NCBI GenBank assembly: GCA_963736185.1
Contig: CAVTNZ010000011.1
Coordinates: forward strand, 4,912 to 68,911
Origin: an uncultured Gammaproteobacteria bacterium
Lineage (GTDB): Bacteria; Pseudomonadota; Gammaproteobacteria; Steroidobacterales; Steroidobacteraceae
Direction: 5' to 3'
DNA length: 64,000 bases
The notes below the pieces were generated by a model, which worked only from the letters and a program-made list of their open reading frames with translations, searched no databases and was not told the DNA's origin. Shown here in pieces: positions 58,100 to 64,000 of this stretch (its first letter is position 1; every line of letters begins with the position of its first letter). The position numbers were made by a program, and so were the translations under genes.

Positions 58100-60241
58100 T
58101 TAGAGTAGATCCCGCTTGATGATGCTCGGGGTCTCCCGGCGGAATATCTCCACGTCGCCCTTCTTGGCCACCACCCATTCCTTCAGGTGGAACGCTTCGG
58201 CGGTGGCGGTCAGATCGCCGCCGACCTGGATGGTGCAGTCCCAATCGCCGCGCTGCCATCGGTGCATGTGCTCCAGCTCCATGCGGCAGCTGGTGGGATC
58301 GCCTTCGGTGATCTCGATGATCCGCCTCGACGAGGCGGTCGTGGTCGTGCCGACGGCCGAAACGAACGTGGTGGTGGGTTGGCCTTCGTTGTCGTAGCGG
58401 ATCCGGCCGCCGGCTTCCCGGATCGGCATCTGCGCGCCATTGGGCGCGGTCGGCGGCGCCTTGACCCACTGCAGACCGTTGGCATAGCCCCCGCCCTTGT
58501 GGCCGGCCTGCGCGGCGTGGATCATGGGGATGGTGAAGGGCGCTTCGCTCGAAGGGACCGGACGCACCGGAAGCACCAGGTGCGAGGCGCCCAGCGCGAT
58601 GTCGAGCGTGGCGATATGCGGTGAGGGCCAGATCAGCGGCCACAGGCTCTCCGAGATGGCCGCACGGATACGACTCCCCTTCTTGAACCGGTGAGCGATC
58701 ATGTACAGGGGCAGCTCGACGTCGTAGAACTCCCCCGGCTTCAGAGCGGTGGGGTTCTCCATCGACCCGCGGTGTGTGAGATTGAGCACGTTGTAGCTCA
58801 CGAGCCAGGACTTTGCGTCCGGCGTCACCTCGGTCAGCCGCACCGCGATCTGCGCGACCGGCACATCCGCGCCCACCCGGATTTTCGCGACGGGATAGCC
58901 GAGAATCTCCAGATCGCGATCGAGCGGCGCGGAATCGAACACCAGCGAGTTGCGGTCGTCCGGGCTCTGCTCGAACTCGGTCGGGCGCCCGTAAACCCAC
59001 TGTGGCTTGGTCACGCCGACGATCTTGTCGCCGACGTATTTGACGTGATCGTGGGAGTTTGCCGTGCGCGACAGCCGCCCGCCGGCATCGAAGTAGAGGT
59101 TCGAGGAGGCGATGCGGGGAGACGGCCAGACATCCTCCGCCACCCACCGGCCGGGCACCTCCGCCGGAAACGCCTCGGAATCCGCCTCATACATCATGTA
59201 CACCCTCAGCATGGGCTCCTGCATGATTCCCGTGTCGACGCCCTCGAGCCATTGCTGCCACCAGCGCACCTCCTCGTACGGCCAGTCGAGTCCCAGGGGA
59301 GTCGCGAGATTCGGGAAGATATGGCCCCAGGGGCCGATCAGCCCCTTGCGCGGAACCTTCAGGTTGGCGAGAAGCTCACCGATGACGTTTTCGTACGGAT
59401 CGCCCCAGCCGTCGACGACGTAGACCGGACACACGATGGCTGCATAGTCGGTGGCGATCGAGCCGCGCTTCCAGTACGCATCGTAGGTCTGATGCGTCGA
59501 CCAGGTCCTGAGGATCGCCGGCGTCGCCTCGAGGCGCTGACGCCACATCGTCTCCCATTGCGCGCCCACGAGCTTCGGATCGGGCGGCGCCGCCATGTCG
59601 CCCTTGAAGGCGGTACCCCACCCCATGTTCTGCTCACCGTAGGCGCCGCCCATGTAGTGGGCATCGTCGGTGTAGCGGTCGACGACGCATCCCATGGGCA
59701 TGATGGCCTTGAGTGCGGGAGGCCGCATGGCGGCGATCTGCAGCGCATTGATGCCGCCCCAGGATATGCCCCGGATGCCGACCGAGCCGTTCGACCAGGA
59801 CTGCTTGGCGAGCCAGGCCACCACCTGCACCCCATCGGTCAACTCGGGCACATCGTATTCATCGACCATGACGCCTTCGGAGTTCCCGGTCCCGCGAATA
59901 TCCACCCTCACGAAGGCCACCCCATAGGGTGCAAGGTTTTCGCCGGTTTTGTCGTCGCGCCAGCGCAGATCATCCCACAGGCGGTAAGGCAGATACTCCC
60001 AGACCACCGGCACGGGGTGAGTTTCCGCCCGCTCCGGGATCCAGAATCTGGCCGCCAGCCGCACGCCGTCGGACATCGGAATCCACTGGTTCTCGACGAT
60101 CTTGAACGGTCGCCTGGCCGGAAGCTTCCAGGCGGGCGCAGCCGTCGATCGGTCGCTGAGCAGCGCGAGCGGACCGCCGATCGCGGCGAGCGACGCCGAC
60201 GCAGCGGTACCCACCAGCATTCTTCGCCGCGAAATCGTCAT
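58100..60241 (-). CDS. CocE/NonD-family (X-Pro dipeptidyl-peptidase S15-like) hydrolase with a Tat-type signal
   Basis: 713 aa with the twin-arginine N-terminus MTISRRRMLVGTAASASLAA and the serine-hydrolase nucleophile elbow GISWGG. Confidence 0.78.
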   Translation of the reverse strand: MTISRRRMLVGTAASASLAAIGGPLALLSDRSTAAPAWKLPARRPFKIVENQWIPMSDGVRLAARFWIPERAETHPVPVVWEYLPYRLWDDLRWRDDKTGENLAPYGVAFVRVDIRGTGNSEGVMVDEYDVPELTDGVQVVAWLAKQSWSNGSVGIRGISWGGINALQIAAMRPPALKAIMPMGCVVDRYTDDAHYMGGAYGEQNMGWGTAFKGDMAAPPDPKLVGAQWETMWRQRLEATPAILRTWSTHQTYDAYWKRGSIATDYAAIVCPVYVVDGWGDPYENVIGELLANLKVPRKGLIGPWGHIFPNLATPLGLDWPYEEVRWWQQWLEGVDTGIMQEPMLRVYMMYEADSEAFPAEVPGRWVAEDVWPSPRIASSNLYFDAGGRLSRTANSHDHVKYVGDKIVGVTKPQWVYGRPTEFEQSPDDRNSLVFDSAPLDRDLEILGYPVAKIRVGADVPVAQIAVRLTEVTPDAKSWLVSYNVLNLTHRGSMENPTALKPGEFYDVELPLYMIAHRFKKGSRIRAAISESLWPLIWPSPHIATLDIALGASHLVLPVRPVPSSEAPFTIPMIHAAQAGHKGGGYANGLQWVKAPPTAPNGAQMPIREAGGRIRYDNEGQPTTTFVSAVGTTTTASSRRIIEITEGDPTSCRMELEHMHRWQRGDWDCTIQVGGDLTATAEAFHLKEWVVAKKGDVEIFRRETPSIIKRDLL

Positions 60242-60268
60242 CGAGTCCCCTCCCTCATGTGGTTTTCC

Positions 60269-61072
60269 TCAAGTGTGCGCCCTGCTCCAGCGCTGAATCA
60301 CCCCCTGAATCGCATCCAGCCCGTCCGTCAAAGCGGCCGGTCCCGGCTGCAGGATCAGCGGGGACTTGATCTCGTGCAATTCGCCGTCCCGCACCGCGGG
60401 CACCGCGTCCCAGCCCGGCCGCGCGGCGACGAGATTCGGCCTGAAGCGCTTGCCGCACCACGACCCGAGAATCACGTCGGGCGCGCGGCGCACCACCTCG
60501 ATGGGATCGGCGAGTATCCTGTCCCTGCCGAGCGCGCACGCGGCGCGTTCGGGGAACACGTCGTCGCCGCCCGCGATGCCGACCAGCTCGCTCACCCAGC
60601 GTATGCCCGTGATCTGCGGCTCGTCCCACTCCTCGAAATACACGCGGGGCCTGCGCGCAAGCGTTGCCGCTCCTTCGCGGACCGACTCGATGTGCTTTTC
60701 GAGCTCGCACGCGTATCGTTCGGCGCGCGCCGAGGCCCCCACCAACGCGCCCAGCCTGCGCACGTATGCGAGAATTCCCTCGACCGAGCGATGGTTGCTG
60801 ATCCACACCTCCACGCCCGCCTTGATCAGCGCCTGTGCGATCTCGGATTGAATGTCGGAGAAGCCGACCACGAAATCGGGCTCGAGAGCGAGGATCCGGT
60901 CGAGCTTCGCGCTGGTGAACGCGGAGACCTTCGGCTTTTCGCGCCGCGCCCTCGCCGGCCGCACCGTGAACCCGGAAATGCCGACGATGCGATCCTCCTC
61001 GCCGAGCGCGTACAGCACCTCCGTCGGCTCCTCGGTGAGGCAAACGATCCGATGCGGGTAGCGGCGAGCCAC
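60269..61072 (-). CDS. BtuF/TroA-like cobalamin-binding-type protein without a signal peptide
   Basis: Last 267 codons of ORF 60269-62632, with a GTG start at 61072, 3 nt after the acyl-CoA dehydrogenase stop. RIVCLTEEPTEVLYALGEEDRIVGISGF... resembles periplasmic-binding-protein-fold (PF01497-type) cobalamin binders, but the N-terminus has no hydrophobic signal. Confidence 0.6.
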   Translation of the reverse strand: MARRYPHRIVCLTEEPTEVLYALGEEDRIVGISGFTVRPARARREKPKVSAFTSAKLDRILALEPDFVVGFSDIQSEIAQALIKAGVEVWISNHRSVEGILAYVRRLGALVGASARAERYACELEKHIESVREGAATLARRPRVYFEEWDEPQITGIRWVSELVGIAGGDDVFPERAACALGRDRILADPIEVVRRAPDVILGSWCGKRFRPNLVAARPGWDAVPAVRDGELHEIKSPLILQPGPAALTDGLDAIQGVIQRWSRAHT

Positions 61073-61074
61073 CG

Positions 61075-62862
61075 TCAGAGCACGCCCTCGGCGAGCGCCT
61101 CGGCGGCTCCGTGAACGATGGAGTGTGCAAGACCGGGCGCCTGGGACAGCACATGGTGCGCGTAGAAGCCCGCGGTCTCGATCTTCGCCGCATAGAAACC
61201 GGCGGGCAGCGACGACCCGTCCCGCGCGCCGAGGCGCTCGCCCGCGATCTTTGCCGAGCGCAGCAGCTGCCAGCCGCCGGCGACGATTCCGAACAGCCTG
61301 AGGAGCGGGACCGCACCGACGGACACCTGTTTGAAGTCGGTGCCGTACCGCGAGACGACGAACTCCACCGAGCGCTCGAGGGCGTCCACCGCGTCGGCGA
61401 AAACCGCCGCCGCCGCGGCGAGCTTCGGCGTGCCGCGCAAGCCGCCGAGGAGCGAGCGCATTTCGCCGATCAACGCCTTCGCCGCGGCGCCCGAATCGCG
61501 CGCGAGCTTGCGGCCGACCAGATCGTTGGCCTGGATCGCAGTGGTGCCCTCGTATATCGGCGTGATGCGCGAGTCGCGGAATTGCTGCGCCACGCCGGTT
61601 TCCTCGATGAACCCCATGCCGCCGTGAACCTGCACGCCGAGCGACGCCACCTCGACGCTGGTCTCCGTGCACCAACCCTTGACGACGGGAATCAGCAGAT
61701 CCGCGAAGGCCTGATGTTTCCTGCGCTCCTCGGGCTTCGGATGCAGGCGCGCGGCGTCGAGCGAGACGGCGGCCACGGCGGCGAGCGCGCGCATCGCCTC
61801 GGTCTGCGATTTCATCAGCATCAGCATGCGCCGCACGTCCGGGTGCCGCACGATCGACACGCGGCCCCTTTCCCCCGGCTCCGTGCCCTGGACACGCTCG
61901 TTGGCGAAGGCGAGCGCACTCTGCAGGGCGCGTTCGGACAGACCCACGCCCTCGAGCCCCACCGCAAATCGCGCCGCATTCATCATGATGAACATGTATT
62001 CGAGGCCGCGGTTCTCCTCTCCGACCAGCTCGCCGATGGCGCCGCCCTTCTGCCCGTAGGCCAGAACGCAGGTGGGGCTCGCATGAATGCCGAGCTTGTG
62101 CTCGACCGACAGGCATCGCACGTCGTTGCGTTCGCCGATCGAGCCGTCCGGACGGACCAGGAACTTCGGCACCAAAAACAGCGATATTCCCTTGACGCCT
62201 TCCGGCGCCCCGGGGGTGCGCGCCAGAACCATGTGGATGATGTTGTCCGTGAGATCGTGTTCGCCGTAGGTGATGAAGATCTTCTGGCCGGAGAGCTTGT
62301 AGCGGCCGTCCCCGATCGGCTCGGCGCGCGTGCGTACCGCCGCGAGATCCGATCCCGCCTGCGGCTCGGTGAGGTTCATGGTGCCGGTCCAGACACCCGC
62401 GACCATTTTCGGAAGGTAGGTCTTTTTCTGCAGCTCGGATCCGCGCAGATCGATGGCCTCGATGGCGCCCCGCGTCAGCATGGGACAGAGCGTGAACGAC
62501 ATGTTGGCGCCGTTCCACATCTCCTCGACGAGCGCCGACAGCACGCGCGGCAGCCCCTGGCCGCCGAACTCCCGCGGACAAGCCAACGCGTTCCAACCGC
62601 CCTCGACGAACGCGCCATAGGCGTCCTTCCACCCGGCCGCGGTCGAGACTTCGGTGTCGCGCCAGCGAACGCCGGCGACATCGCCGGAGCGGTTCAGCGG
62701 CGAGAGCACGCCGCCCGCGAACTTCGCAGCCTCCTCGAGGATGGCCTCGGCGACATCCGAGACCGCGTCCTCGGAGCCGGGAAGCTCGGCAATGAGCCTC
62801 CGATCAACCAGCTCGCGCAGCACGAACCGCATGTCGTCGAGCGGTGCCTGATATTCTTGCAT
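61075..62862 (-). CDS. long-form acyl-CoA dehydrogenase
   Basis: Last 595 codons of ORF 61075-63150, with the start at MQEYQAPLDDMRFVL (ATG 62862-62860). ACAD motifs GTMNLTEPQAGSD and IFITYGEHD, plus an extra C-terminal helical domain. Confidence 0.85.
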   Translation of the reverse strand: MQEYQAPLDDMRFVLRELVDRRLIAELPGSEDAVSDVAEAILEEAAKFAGGVLSPLNRSGDVAGVRWRDTEVSTAAGWKDAYGAFVEGGWNALACPREFGGQGLPRVLSALVEEMWNGANMSFTLCPMLTRGAIEAIDLRGSELQKKTYLPKMVAGVWTGTMNLTEPQAGSDLAAVRTRAEPIGDGRYKLSGQKIFITYGEHDLTDNIIHMVLARTPGAPEGVKGISLFLVPKFLVRPDGSIGERNDVRCLSVEHKLGIHASPTCVLAYGQKGGAIGELVGEENRGLEYMFIMMNAARFAVGLEGVGLSERALQSALAFANERVQGTEPGERGRVSIVRHPDVRRMLMLMKSQTEAMRALAAVAAVSLDAARLHPKPEERRKHQAFADLLIPVVKGWCTETSVEVASLGVQVHGGMGFIEETGVAQQFRDSRITPIYEGTTAIQANDLVGRKLARDSGAAAKALIGEMRSLLGGLRGTPKLAAAAAVFADAVDALERSVEFVVSRYGTDFKQVSVGAVPLLRLFGIVAGGWQLLRSAKIAGERLGARDGSSLPAGFYAAKIETAGFYAHHVLSQAPGLAHSIVHGAAEALAEGVL

Positions 62863-62876
62863 GGTCGTATCCTCGA

Positions 62877-63734
62877 TCAGCCGTACGTGTAGAAGCCGCG
62901 CCCGCTCTTGCGGCCGAGCAGTCCGGCCGCCACCATCTCGCGCAGAAGCGGCGCCGGGCGGTATTTCGGATCCCCGAAGTCCCGTTGAAACACCTCCATC
63001 ACCGACAGCAGGGTGTCGAGACCGACCAGGTCCGCCAGCGCGAGCGGACCGATCGGGTGATTGCAGCCGAGCTTCATGCCCTCGTCGATGTCCGCTGCGC
63101 TCGCGACGCCGTCCTGAAGCGCGAAAATCGCCTCGTTTATCATCGGGCAAAGCACGCGGTTGACGGCGAAGCCCGGCGAGTTCCTGACGCTCACGGCGGC
63201 CTTTCCGACGTGGCGGACGAACTCCGCCGCCCGCGCCTGGGTCTCGTCGCTGGTCAGCAGACCGCGGATCAGCTCCACCAGCGCCATGAGCGCGACGGGG
63301 TTGAAAAAATGCATGCCGATGAACCGGTCCGCACGGGACGTGGCCGCCGCGAGAGCCGTGATCGAGATCGACGAGGTGTTGGTGGCGAGGATGGCCTCGG
63401 GCCGCATGATCTCGTCGGCCTGCTTCATGATGCGCTGCTTCACCTCGAGATTTTCGGTCGCAGCCTCGATCACCAGGTCCATCGCGGCGAGGTCCGAATA
63501 CCGGGTGCTGCCGCGGATCCGGCCGAGCGTCGCGGCGCGATCCGCCGCGCTCAGCTTCTCCTTCTTCACCAGCCGATCGAGGCTCGTCCCGACGGCCAAG
63601 ATCCCCCGCTCCACCGCGGCATCCGAGACATCGACCATCACGACGTGCAAACCGGCCGCGGCGCTCACCTGCGCGATGCCGTTGCCCATGGTCCCGGCGC
63701 CGATTACGCCGATTTTCTTCAAAGCCTTGGTCAT
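62877..63734 (-). CDS. hbd: 3-hydroxybutyryl-CoA dehydrogenase
   Basis: 285 aa: IGVIGAGTMGNGIAQV, NTSSISIT, GMHFFNPV, GRKSGRGFYTY. Confidence 0.9.
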   Translation of the reverse strand: MTKALKKIGVIGAGTMGNGIAQVSAAAGLHVVMVDVSDAAVERGILAVGTSLDRLVKKEKLSAADRAATLGRIRGSTRYSDLAAMDLVIEAATENLEVKQRIMKQADEIMRPEAILATNTSSISITALAAATSRADRFIGMHFFNPVALMALVELIRGLLTSDETQARAAEFVRHVGKAAVSVRNSPGFAVNRVLCPMINEAIFALQDGVASAADIDEGMKLGCNHPIGPLALADLVGLDTLLSVMEVFQRDFGDPKYRPAPLLREMVAAGLLGRKSGRGFYTYG

Positions 63735-63776
63735 TGTAGCGGACGCTCCCTGGGTTCGATGGCCGTGCGGCGCATC

Positions 63777-64000
63777 ACATGTTGCGGCGGTACCTGCCGC
63801 CGACCTCGTACAACGTTTCCGTAATCTGCCCGAGCGAGCATGCGCGCACCGCCTCCATGAGCACCTCGAAGGTGTTGCGGTTCGCGATCACGGCGCCCCG
63901 CAGGCGCTCGAGGATCGGCGGCGCAGCGGCGGCGTTGCGCGCCTGGAATTCGCGCAGCCGCTCGAGCTGCGATTGCTTCTCCGCCTCGCTCGAGCGCGCG
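63777..64000 (-). CDS. C-terminal end of an acyl-CoA (methylmalonyl-CoA-type) mutase catalytic subunit; rest lies beyond the right window edge
   Basis: My translation of the minus strand gives ...EKQSQLERLREFQARNAAAAPPILERLRGAVIANRNTFEVLMEAVRACSLGQITETLYEVGGRYRRNM*. This resembles the C-terminal tail of B12-dependent mutase large subunits. Only ~74 aa are visible. Confidence 0.55.

Noticed and set aside
58691-61114. 807-aa plus-strand ORF
   Set aside because: It is antisense to the CocE/NonD hydrolase and the BtuF-like gene and shows shadow-ORF composition.
61073-62632. N-terminal 520 codons of the 787-aa minus-strand ORF 60269-62632
   Set aside because: This part overlaps the acyl-CoA dehydrogenase out of frame and is Arg/Gly-rich. 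Only the last 267 codons, from GTG at 61072, look like a real protein.

Overview
High-G+C proteobacterial chromosomal segment. It is almost entirely core metabolism, envelope and DNA-repair genes, interrupted by one visibly lower-G+C accessory island (about 24.15-31.94 kb) that abuts a tRNA-Lys(UUU) gene.

Gene order, left to right:
- hemH (partial), modBC, a nitroreductase, yceI.
- A heterotetrameric sarcosine oxidase operon (aldh-soxB-soxD-soxA-soxG); soxA carries an apparent 1-nt frameshift.
- A serine-cycle-style block, mtkA-mtkB-ppc-mclA.
- cdh, a 5'-3' exonuclease, fpr.
- A large helical-repeat/class III nucleotidyl cyclase next to a urcA-family gene and a divergent Crp/Fnr regulator.
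- An isochorismatase-like hydrolase and ybjQ.
- The island: two orphan membrane/secreted proteins; a frameshifted AbiEii-type nucleotidyltransferase toxin without an AbiEi partner; a GbsR-regulated methyltransferase / DCC thiol oxidoreductase / SDR-DUF4166 operon; an overlapping NTase-like + XRE-HTH gene pair; and a tRNA 3'-end-like fragment.
- tRNA-Lys, queC-queE, and the full tol-pal cluster (ybgC-tolQRAB-pal-cpoB); cpoB is apparently frameshifted near a C6 run.
- ruvCAB, relA, sucAB-lpdA, a DUF5658-like membrane protein, prpBCD.
- An AraC regulator with mmsA / SDR / amino-acid permease, and a Tat-signal CocE/NonD hydrolase.
- A probably B12-linked acyl-CoA operon (mutase fragment, hbd, acyl-CoA dehydrogenase, BtuF-like protein).

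No rRNA, CRISPR array, integrase or transposase was recognised.

The best candidate for something undescribed is the NTase-like/HTH pair at 30.6-31.6 kb. Everything about its function is inference.

Three apparent single-base frameshifts occur (soxA, cpoB, AbiEii). Two hit housekeeping genes, so assembly indels are as likely as real decay.

Many long ORFs in the track are antisense or out-of-frame shadows typical of high-G+C DNA and were rejected. All family assignments come from my own reading of translated sequences and motifs, not from database searches.
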